The notes below the pieces were generated by a model. That model saw only the letters and a program-made list of their open reading frames with translations. It was not told the DNA's origin and searched no databases. DNA of 64,000 nucleotides from Anaerolineaceae bacterium UBA4781 (GTDB taxonomy: Bacteria; Chloroflexota; Anaerolineae; Anaerolineales; Anaerolineaceae): positions 18 to 64,017 of the forward strand of contig DHHD01000106.1 in the NCBI GenBank assembly GCA_002403105.1, read 5' to 3'. How positions within the stretch are numbered: position 1 is the stretch's first letter; every line of letters starts with the position of its first letter. Made by a program: the position numbers and the translations under genes. Of the stretch, positions 27,976 through 36,040 are shown one piece after another.

Positions 27976-28296
27976 CTACAGGCTGGTGATCAAGTAATAA
28001 GCAACACCAAATAAAACAAATGTGATCAGAACAAGGAATACGCCAATTCCGGCTTTCGTTTTTACCATCTGATTGATCGTTTCCAACAGTGATGTGGTAT
28101 TTCCCATCATTTCTGAAACATCTTCAACGATTCCTTTTTCCATTAATTTTGCCGATTGTTCCGTAATGGAGGTAAATTCATCACTCTTTACTTTGAAAGC
28201 CAGGATGATGATTCCCACAAAGAACGTGATAACACCCATCACTGCTAAAATAAGCGCTAAGGTTAATGTAAAATCATTTGCATTTAGATTGATCAT
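27976..28296 (-). CDS. 106-aa two-TM membrane protein
   Basis: ATG at 28296 preceded by GGAG-5 nt. Two hydrophobic helices flank a charged loop; the track start 28407 runs back into the upstream gene. Confidence 0.6.
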   Translation of the reverse strand: MINLNANDFTLTLALILAVMGVITFFVGIIILAFKVKSDEFTSITEQSAKLMEKGIVEDVSEMMGNTTSLLETINQMVKTKAGIGVFLVLITFVLFGVAYYLITSL

Positions 28297-28322
28297 AATA
28301 TCTCCTTTTCTAGAGATATTGT

Positions 28323-28338
28323 TGCAATAATTATGCCA
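28323..28338 (-). promoter_or_regulatory. Sigma-54 (-24/-12) promoter
   Basis: Minus strand TGGCAT-AATTA-TTGCA, i.e. GG (28337/28336)-N10-GC (28325/28324). Lies 28 nt upstream of the ATG at 28296 and overlaps the activator stop codon. Confidence 0.7.
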
Positions 28339-29527
28339 ATTTTTCTGTAAGATCCAATGGTAAATCTGGAATATCGATCTTTTCTCCATCACAAAACAGC
28401 ATGGCACGCTCGATAGTATTGCGTAACTCCCTTATATTTCCCGGCCAAGAATACTTCATCAATACCTCCATCGCCGGTGGAGTAACATCAATGACATTCA
28501 AACCTAACCGTGGATTCAATTCTTTTATAAAGAATCCAACAAATTCTGGAATATCATTTTTCCTTTCACGCAAAGGCGGCAAATCCAGATCCACAACTTT
28601 CAAACGATAATACAGATCTTCTCTAAAAGCATTCTCTTTTATCAGTTCTTTTAGGTTTCTATTGGATGCAGCCAGTATTTGTACATCTACTTTAACCAGA
28701 TCGGTTCCTCCCACCCTGCGAAAAGCTTTTTCTTCGATAGCTCTCAATAATTTTGCTTGGATTTCAAGCGGCATCGAAGATATTTCATCCAGAAACAAGA
28801 TTCCGTCATCCGCAATCTCCATTAACCCATGTTTTCTGGTTTTTGCATCAGTATAACCACCCGGGTCATGTCCAAATAGTTCAGATTCAAGCAAAGTTGA
28901 TTGAATGGCAGCACAATTGATCGCGACAAATTGCTTGGCAGCTCGCGGTCCTGATTTATGAATAAAACGAGCCAAGATTTCTTTTCCTGTGCCAGTTTCT
29001 CCGGTGATGAGAACAGAAACCATTGCCCGGGAAGCTTTCAGCGCTTGCGCAACCACATTTTTTATCTTTTCATTAGAACCCAAAACAAAATCCACAGAAT
29101 CAAGTTGTTTTTGACGGTAGTGTTCTATTTCTCGTCGCATCTGGATAAGTTCACACGCGCGAGCAATAGAATTCTCTAATACTTTAAAATCTGTGATCGG
29201 TTTGGTCAAGAAATCATGCGCTCCATTGCGCATGGCGTCTACTGCCATTTCGATATCTCCAAAACCCGTGATCAGGATAACAGGTGGACGATTTTGCTGC
29301 TGCTGCAGTTCTTTCAAAAGGGTTTGCCCATACCCATCCGGTAGCTGAACATCCAGCAAGACAATATCCCCATTTCCAATTTTAAGTTGATTCCGTGCTT
29401 CTTCAATGGTACCAGCTTCATTAACTTCAAAGTTCTTTGATTTTAAAAATACGCTCAGGTTTTTTCTTGCATTTACTTCATCGTCAACGATCAGAACTGT
29501 GAAACTCACCTTATTCTCCTTCTGCAA
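28331..29527 (-). CDS. Sigma-54-dependent response regulator (REC + AAA+), no C-terminal HTH
   Basis: REC with 'IVLLDV' acceptor Asp; AAA+ with 'GETGTGKE', 'ESELFGH', 'GNIRELRN'. The protein ends about 28 aa after sensor II. Confidence 0.85.
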   Translation of the reverse strand: MQKENKVSFTVLIVDDEVNARKNLSVFLKSKNFEVNEAGTIEEARNQLKIGNGDIVLLDVQLPDGYGQTLLKELQQQQNRPPVILITGFGDIEMAVDAMRNGAHDFLTKPITDFKVLENSIARACELIQMRREIEHYRQKQLDSVDFVLGSNEKIKNVVAQALKASRAMVSVLITGETGTGKEILARFIHKSGPRAAKQFVAINCAAIQSTLLESELFGHDPGGYTDAKTRKHGLMEIADDGILFLDEISSMPLEIQAKLLRAIEEKAFRRVGGTDLVKVDVQILAASNRNLKELIKENAFREDLYYRLKVVDLDLPPLRERKNDIPEFVGFFIKELNPRLGLNVIDVTPPAMEVLMKYSWPGNIRELRNTIERAMLFCDGEKIDIPDLPLDLTEKLA

Positions 29528-31406
29528 TTGGCAAAGTTATATGAAAAACAGTCCCACCAGGGAAAGATTCTACGGTTATTTCTCCATTATGTGCGGCAAC
29601 GATCTCTTTAATGATCGCCAGACCCAACCCCGTTCCCTGCAAACTGAATGAAACAAAGGGTGTGAAAAGGTTTTTCAATATTTCATCAGGAATTCCTGGT
29701 CCCGTATCGGAGACATTCACCTTGAGGACTTGCTCGTCCGATTTCTCAATTTTTATCGCCAGCGTACCTCCATTTTGTTGTTTCATCGCTTCGACGGCGT
29801 TGCTGATAAGATTCGTAAACACTTGTTCCAATGATCGTAAATCTCCTGAGATCATTGGAAGTGCATCTTCACATTGGTAAACCATTTTCACATTATTCCG
29901 TACCAGTTTCGCATCCCATTTTTCTATGATGCTCTTAACCAACAAATCCAAATTGAGAGGTTTCAATTTATTTTCCAATGGTTTGGCATAGGAAAGAATT
30001 GAATTCATTAGATGATCTAATCGGACGCAATCATTCATCATGCGGGTGATCATGTCAGATTGAGTTTCATTTCCTTCTGTCATACTCTGTAAAACCTGCA
30101 ATCCCATCACCATATTATTAACAGGGTTGCGTACCTCATGTGCAAATGTTGCAACCGATTTACCCAAAGCAGCTTGATGTTCCAGTTCTTTGAGGTTTTT
30201 CTTTAATCCATCCATTTCGCGTGTGGATTTAATAAGGATCAGGAATTGAGTATCAGGATCGTTTGCATCACATGGAATCACGCGCATCTTGACAGGTTCT
30301 ATTTCCCCATCTCTTCGGCGCAAGAATACAAGATCTTCACATTGCTCAATTCTTTTCTCAAATGACTCTTGAAAGAGCATGCTGATCTTGGGATCAGTTA
30401 CCAGGTACGAATCAACAGCCAGTTTTTGAGTTTCCCATTTTGAATATCCCAACAAACGTTCCATGTTTTGATTGATTTCCAAAACATTTTTCTCATTGTC
30501 AAGATAGATCACACCCTCATCGATGGTATCAATCAAATAAGAAAGCACTTCTTGGGTTTTAGAAGTATCCTTTTGAATTTGTGCATGGATGGTTTTTTGT
30601 GCATAAAGGGAGGTTCCATACTCAAACAAATTCATAAAGTCTTCTACGATCTCTAAGAGAGAATCATCTCGGACGTATTCTTTCCAACCCGCAATGACAA
30701 TTCCCTTTTCTGCTTTGTCTGTTGTAAAACGCTGGACGATCAGAGTGTTGATCAATTGTTCTCTTGCAGAACGGTGTAAATGATTGATCGCTCGACTTCC
30801 CTGCTGCCACAGACTGTATTCTGCCAGGCTTTCCAACTCCTGGATGGAATATTCGTCGGGCAGATGAAACAGTTTTTGATTGGATAAACCAGATACTTGA
30901 AAGGTATTATCTTTCTCGACATACAAACCCAACAGATCAAAATGAAAGACTTGCTCTAATATTTCCAATCCTTTTTCACAAAAGGAGGTAAAAGTTTCTT
31001 CGCGAGTTTCAATTAAAGCAGCGAATGATGAAAGGAAAGATTTTAAAGCATCAAAATCCTGAAAGTTTCCCTGGGTTTTTTGAATGATCGAATACACTTT
31101 CCAGTGTTGTTTGTCATCCAAGAATTCTCGCACGAGTTCAATCTCTATCGGAACCCTGTTCTTTCTTAGGATTTTATAGATCACCTTTCCATTTTCCGCT
31201 CGTTCCTCAACGATCACAGAACGGAAAGGTGTCTTTATTATTTCTTGTTTTGTGAATGCAGTCATTTCAATCAAAGCACTGTTGACCAGGGCAATTTCAT
31301 CATCTTGATCCACCAGAACGCAGGGCTGTTTGAACAAATTGATTAGAGATTCAATTTCAAGGAAGGAAAGGTTCTTATTTTTAAGCAGGTCGATGAATGC
31401 TGTCAT
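29511..31406 (-). CDS. Soluble PAS-domain sensor histidine kinase
   Basis: H-box 'FAHEVRNP', N-box 'NLISNAVEA', G-boxes 'DTGPGI' and 'GTGLGLAI'; no TM helices; PAS-like N-terminal repeats. Confidence 0.85.
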   Translation of the reverse strand: MTAFIDLLKNKNLSFLEIESLINLFKQPCVLVDQDDEIALVNSALIEMTAFTKQEIIKTPFRSVIVEERAENGKVIYKILRKNRVPIEIELVREFLDDKQHWKVYSIIQKTQGNFQDFDALKSFLSSFAALIETREETFTSFCEKGLEILEQVFHFDLLGLYVEKDNTFQVSGLSNQKLFHLPDEYSIQELESLAEYSLWQQGSRAINHLHRSAREQLINTLIVQRFTTDKAEKGIVIAGWKEYVRDDSLLEIVEDFMNLFEYGTSLYAQKTIHAQIQKDTSKTQEVLSYLIDTIDEGVIYLDNEKNVLEINQNMERLLGYSKWETQKLAVDSYLVTDPKISMLFQESFEKRIEQCEDLVFLRRRDGEIEPVKMRVIPCDANDPDTQFLILIKSTREMDGLKKNLKELEHQAALGKSVATFAHEVRNPVNNMVMGLQVLQSMTEGNETQSDMITRMMNDCVRLDHLMNSILSYAKPLENKLKPLNLDLLVKSIIEKWDAKLVRNNVKMVYQCEDALPMISGDLRSLEQVFTNLISNAVEAMKQQNGGTLAIKIEKSDEQVLKVNVSDTGPGIPDEILKNLFTPFVSFSLQGTGLGLAIIKEIVAAHNGEITVESFPGGTVFHITLPIAEGE

Positions 31407-32836
31407 TTTGTCTTTTCTTTTCGTTGATAAGCCGGTAAAATACCTTCCATATCGCGGTATTTTGCAACCGTTCTGCGCGCAATGTGCATATTTTTCTTTT
31501 CCAGTTTCTTTACGATCTCCAGATCGCTCATCGGTTCTTTTTCTTTTTCGACGATTTCCTTAATTTCCGTACGTATTTGCAAACTCCGATCGAAAAATAC
31601 AGAGAGTGGATATACTTTTTTATTGGTTAATTGGATCGTTTTGCTGGAAACTGCCCTTGAAATCGTGGACTCATGAACACTAAGTTTTTTCGCGATCTCT
31701 GCCCGTGTGATCGGTTTGAGATATTTATCACCCTCACGGATATATTGTTCCTGAATTTCAACCAGAATCTGCGCCATGCGCAGGATGGTATTGGTTCTCT
31801 GCTGTAGGCATTTAATAAAAAGGGAAGCCTTTTCAAGGTCTTCCCTCATCTTCATTTTTGTCTCTTTATCGACATTTTTCAAAGCAGCATGGTAATTGCT
31901 GTTCAGAATTAAATTACTATTTGCCGGTTGAAATACCTCGATAACGATTGGATTTTGAGGATTATTCTCCAAGAAACTTAATACAATGTCTGGTGCATCG
32001 AGCTGCAATAGTTCATTTTCTTTAGGATTTCTTACATCCCCCCAGTTCGAACGTGCCGGAAAAGGATTCAAATTTTCGGTAATGAAATTTGCAATTTCTT
32101 CCACCTGTTTGATAGAAACGCCATATTGCTGTGCGATCTCCGAAAATTGTTTTTTAAGAAGAGTGTGGTAATTATTGGTAATAATATTCTCTATTAATTC
32201 CGGAATTTCCTTATTCTTCTTTAATTCATCGAGTTGAATCAGCATTGCTTCTTGAGCGTCTTTCGAACCTACACCAACCGGATCGGCATGCTGAATCATG
32301 CTTTTTACTTTTTCAACACTGGATATTGGAATGTGATAGTAACTGGCTAATTCCAGTACATCTACATCTACAAATCCGTCATCATCCAATTGTGTCAGAA
32401 TACTGGCGGCAACTAACTTCTCACGGTCATCCAACTCCATTCCAACCTGGCGCAATACATATTCGGGGAGTGTTTGTCTATCAACCGTTCCATCTTCGAA
32501 ATAATCATCACTATCACCAACCTGATCAGAGGTTGGAAATTCTCTGATGGATACAAATGTTAAATACTGAACATCTTGGTTGAGCTGGTTGTTCATGCAA
32601 TTCTTGCAGAACGATCCGAAAGAGATTTCAGTTCCGCAAATTGTGCAGTGATGAATCTCGTCAACCTCCAAGGCAGGATTTTCTGCCAGATTCTTTTGGA
32701 TTTCTTCTTCGACTTCCCCATTTCCCATATTCAACAATGTCATTGTTTGGGCTAAATGGGCCGTTGCCTGGGGTTTCGTTTCTGTTTTATATTGGGTGTT
32801 GATTTTTTGATACATTTGATTTTGAGTATAGCGCAA
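31403..32836 (-). CDS. rpoN: RNA polymerase sigma-54 factor
   Basis: RpoN box 'ARRTVAKYR', HTH 'RAEIAKKLSVHESTISRAV', region I Gln/Leu-rich N-terminus. Start is TTG at 32836 (ATG alternative at 32815). Confidence 0.9.
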   Translation of the reverse strand: MRYTQNQMYQKINTQYKTETKPQATAHLAQTMTLLNMGNGEVEEEIQKNLAENPALEVDEIHHCTICGTEISFGSFCKNCMNNQLNQDVQYLTFVSIREFPTSDQVGDSDDYFEDGTVDRQTLPEYVLRQVGMELDDREKLVAASILTQLDDDGFVDVDVLELASYYHIPISSVEKVKSMIQHADPVGVGSKDAQEAMLIQLDELKKNKEIPELIENIITNNYHTLLKKQFSEIAQQYGVSIKQVEEIANFITENLNPFPARSNWGDVRNPKENELLQLDAPDIVLSFLENNPQNPIVIEVFQPANSNLILNSNYHAALKNVDKETKMKMREDLEKASLFIKCLQQRTNTILRMAQILVEIQEQYIREGDKYLKPITRAEIAKKLSVHESTISRAVSSKTIQLTNKKVYPLSVFFDRSLQIRTEIKEIVEKEKEPMSDLEIVKKLEKKNMHIARRTVAKYRDMEGILPAYQRKEKTK

Positions 32837-32890
32837 ATGGGTTGCCTATGCAATATTCATACCAATTTAATTGATGATACAATTTTTCGC

Positions 32891-34237
32891 ATGCAGTCAG
32901 AATTGGTGATCATTGGAGGTGGTTTAGCCGGATGCGAAGCCGCATGGCAAGCAGCAAATCGCGGTATCTCTGTTATCCTCTATGAAATGCGCCCTCAGAA
33001 AATGACTGAAGCGCATAAAACAGCGTTACTGGGGGAATTGGTTTGTTCCAATTCACTGGGATCCACTCATACCACTAATGGAAGTGGGCTTCTTTTCAAT
33101 GAAATGAAGGTTTTCAATTCGCTTATTTGTATGGTTGCTGAAGAAACCGCTGTCCCTGCCGGCTCCGCGTTGGCGGTCGATCGAAACCAATTCGCAGAAA
33201 GACTCACAAATCTGCTCACCAACCATCCATTGATAAAAATTATTCATGAAGAAGTAGTTTCAATTCCACAAGAACCATGCATTATTGCCAGTGGTCCACT
33301 TACCTCCCCCGCATTCATTACAGCACTTCAAAATTTTCATGGAGAAAAGAATCTCTTCTTTTATGATGCCATCGCACCGATCGTGGAAGCAGATTCCATC
33401 GATATGCAAACCGTGTTTCTCGGCTCACGTTACGGAAAGGGTGAATCTGACGAGGGAGACTATCTCAATTGCCCTCTGGATAAAGAGACGTATGAAGCTT
33501 TTGTCGAACAATTGATCAGCGCACAGCAGATCAATTTGAAACCTTATGAGGAACAAATAACTCAAGGTGTGGATGCCGGATTTGGCCATTTTTTCGAAGG
33601 CTGCCTGCCGATCGAGATTCTAGCCCGGCGAGGGATCAATACTCTCATCTATGGTCCTCTTCGCCCGGTTGGATTGCGCAAGTCTTATAAGGGAACTCCT
33701 CCTTATGCGATCATCCAACTGCGCCAAGATGACATCAGCCAGACTACCTACAATTTGGTGGGATTTCAGACCAATCTCACATTTTCAGAACAAAAACGTG
33801 TTTTTCGCATGATCCCTGGATTACAAAATGCTGAATTCGTAAGATACGGGCAGATGCATCGCAATACATTTCTTTTTGCTCCTTCACTCATTAATCAAAA
33901 TTTACAGGCAATCCATCGTGCTGACCTATTTTTTGCCGGGCAGTTGATCGGTGTGGAAGGCTATCTTGGAAACGCAGCCACAGGTTTGGTAGCAGGCATC
34001 AACGCAGCTAATTTGTTAAAACAAAAACCATTATTGATTTTTCCAAAGGAAACGATGATTGGTGCCTTATGTTTTTATGTATCTCATGCTGAAAAAGAGA
34101 CTTTTCAACCCATGAAAGCAAATTTTGGCCTTCTTCCCCCCATCACTCCAAGGATTAGAAATAAAGGAGACCGAAAAATTGCGTACAGCAATAGATCCTT
34201 GAAAATGATTAAAGGTATCTATACGAAAGAGCCATGA
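32891..34237 (+). CDS. trmFO: Methylenetetrahydrofolate--tRNA-(uracil-5-)-methyltransferase
   Basis: 'VIIGGGLAGCEAAWQ', 'ELVCSNSLG'; ATG at 32891. The track start 32756 overlaps rpoN on the opposite strand. Confidence 0.9.
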   Translation: MQSELVIIGGGLAGCEAAWQAANRGISVILYEMRPQKMTEAHKTALLGELVCSNSLGSTHTTNGSGLLFNEMKVFNSLICMVAEETAVPAGSALAVDRNQFAERLTNLLTNHPLIKIIHEEVVSIPQEPCIIASGPLTSPAFITALQNFHGEKNLFFYDAIAPIVEADSIDMQTVFLGSRYGKGESDEGDYLNCPLDKETYEAFVEQLISAQQINLKPYEEQITQGVDAGFGHFFEGCLPIEILARRGINTLIYGPLRPVGLRKSYKGTPPYAIIQLRQDDISQTTYNLVGFQTNLTFSEQKRVFRMIPGLQNAEFVRYGQMHRNTFLFAPSLINQNLQAIHRADLFFAGQLIGVEGYLGNAATGLVAGINAANLLKQKPLLIFPKETMIGALCFYVSHAEKETFQPMKANFGLLPPITPRIRNKGDRKIAYSNRSLKMIKGIYTKEP

Positions 34238-35106
34238 TTAATAGAAGAATTTTTTTCTTTGTCCTTTTCATCCTCTTCCTTGCTACTGCTTGTACTCAAG
34301 GGAAGAATGCGAACAATTTTTCTGGAGATCAAGCTTACCAGTACCTGCAAACACTCCTCGATTTTGGACCTCGCATTCCGGGTAATACAGGGAGAGAAAA
34401 TGCAGCAGCTTATTTAAAAACCACACTCGAAGAGAATGCCTGGTCAGTCACTTTACAGGATTTTCAATTTGATGAAACACCTTTGCAAAATATCATTGCA
34501 AAGAAGGGGAATGGTGATACGTTAATCATTGTAGGCACCCATTATGATACCCGTGCTGTTTCCGATCAGGAAAACGCTGTAGAGAAACAGGATGATCCCG
34601 TACCGGGTGCTAACGATGGAGGTTCCGGTGCTGCAGTGTTATTGGAATTGAGCAGAGTTCTTGAAGTTCCGGAAAACACAGAGTTATGGTTGGTTTTCTT
34701 TGATGCAGAAGATCAGGGAAATTTAAATGGTTGGAATTGGAGCATCGGAGCAGATTATTTTGTCCACCAATTACAAGAACGCCCCTCTAAAACGCTGATC
34801 ATCGATATGATTGGTGATGAAGATCTCAATATATATCAGGAGAAGAATTCCACGCCGTCTCTTGTGACTGAAATTTGGAAGGTCGTGGAAGATCTGAAAT
34901 ACCAATCTTTCCTAATTCCTCAATTTAAGTATGCGATGATGGACGATCACCTGCCCTTTCTTAATGCAGGATATTCGACGGCTCTATTGATCGATTTTGA
35001 TTACCCTTACTGGCATACCACTGCAGATACGATAGATCATGTTTCATCAAGAAGTTTGCAGATCGTTGGTGATGTGCTTGTACAATGGCTTTCTGAACAG
35101 AACTAA
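34234..35106 (+). CDS. M28-family peptidase / glutaminyl-cyclase-like lipoprotein
   Basis: Lipobox 'LATAC'; 'GTHYDT', 'GANDGGSGAAVLLEL', 'FFDAED'; ATGA overlap with trmFO. Confidence 0.75.
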   Translation: MINRRIFFFVLFILFLATACTQGKNANNFSGDQAYQYLQTLLDFGPRIPGNTGRENAAAYLKTTLEENAWSVTLQDFQFDETPLQNIIAKKGNGDTLIIVGTHYDTRAVSDQENAVEKQDDPVPGANDGGSGAAVLLELSRVLEVPENTELWLVFFDAEDQGNLNGWNWSIGADYFVHQLQERPSKTLIIDMIGDEDLNIYQEKNSTPSLVTEIWKVVEDLKYQSFLIPQFKYAMMDDHLPFLNAGYSTALLIDFDYPYWHTTADTIDHVSSRSLQIVGDVLVQWLSEQN

Positions 35107-35155
35107 AAATAGTATCTCTGGTTAGAACAAGTGGAGATTTTTAATCAATCGTGAA

Positions 35156-35836
35156 CTAAAGGGGATATGCAATAATGAATAAACGACCCCACGAATCAAC
35201 ACTGTTTTTCTGGATACAGGTTTGTAAGGTCACATGAGGATCACCCGAATACATTTGGTAGAAAACATCCGCAGCAGAATAAGTTTCTCCAGTCACAAGA
35301 TCAGTGAAATCACTGAAAGAAGAGTTGGGAGAGAGTGCCTGATATTGATAGATTTCTTCAACTTTGTAAAAGTCAATATCACCATCTCCATATATGATCT
35401 CAATAATATTTCCATAAGTCAGATCAGAGAAATATTGCCCGGCAGCAGTATTATGTGCCAGCAAACCGATCGTATTATATTTCTTTGCCATACGGAATTG
35501 CGTAGCAACATCATCGTCTGTTGAAACATAACCTGCATTACTGGAAGGTTGTTGAACAACTTTCAATGCAAAAACGTTTGTTACATATACTCCCCTTATA
35601 CTTTCACTCTGTCCATCACTAACAGTATTCACAAACTGACTGATGGTTATTTGCTCAGGCTGAACTGCGTAATCATCATTAAAGCTTATGAATGAATTTA
35701 ATTTCACCGGAATGTTAACAGAGCCCGATCTTGTGATCGGAATTTTTATAGTAATTGCTTGATTAAAGAATAGAAAAACCGAAGTAAGCAGAATGATTTG
35801 AAGCAGTTTTTTCGTTTGTCTGGCTCTCATTCTCAA
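35156..35836 (-). CDS. Membrane-anchored protein with sortase-like His / TLxTC / Arg pattern
   Basis: N-terminal hydrophobic anchor, then 'LLAHN', 'VTLQTCI' and 'GRLFIIAYP' in sortase order. Motif-level only; ATG 35830 is an alternative to TTG 35836. Confidence 0.45.
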   Translation of the reverse strand: MRMRARQTKKLLQIILLTSVFLFFNQAITIKIPITRSGSVNIPVKLNSFISFNDDYAVQPEQITISQFVNTVSDGQSESIRGVYVTNVFALKVVQQPSSNAGYVSTDDDVATQFRMAKKYNTIGLLAHNTAAGQYFSDLTYGNIIEIIYGDGDIDFYKVEEIYQYQALSPNSSFSDFTDLVTGETYSAADVFYQMYSGDPHVTLQTCIQKNSVDSWGRLFIIAYPL

Positions 35837-35890
35837 TCCTTTTCGATAAGAGCGCTGAAAAAACTGGTATTTTATTAAATACTCTCGTTT

Positions 35891-35970
35891 TCGGTAGTCT
35901 GGCGATCATTGCATTTTTATGCTGTAGATCCATGACTTTGCGTCCCCAGTTTTCACTGAGTTTGCTCTTA
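35891..35970. repeat. Structured direct repeat, copy 1
   Basis: Aligns without gaps to 36041..36120 (offset exactly 150 nt, 64 of 80 positions identical by hand count). Confidence 0.8.
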
Positions 35971-36040
35971 TCGAACGATTCACGAACACAAAAAAACCTA
36001 TTTACACAGGTTTCTGTCTCTTTAATAAATAAAAAAGACT

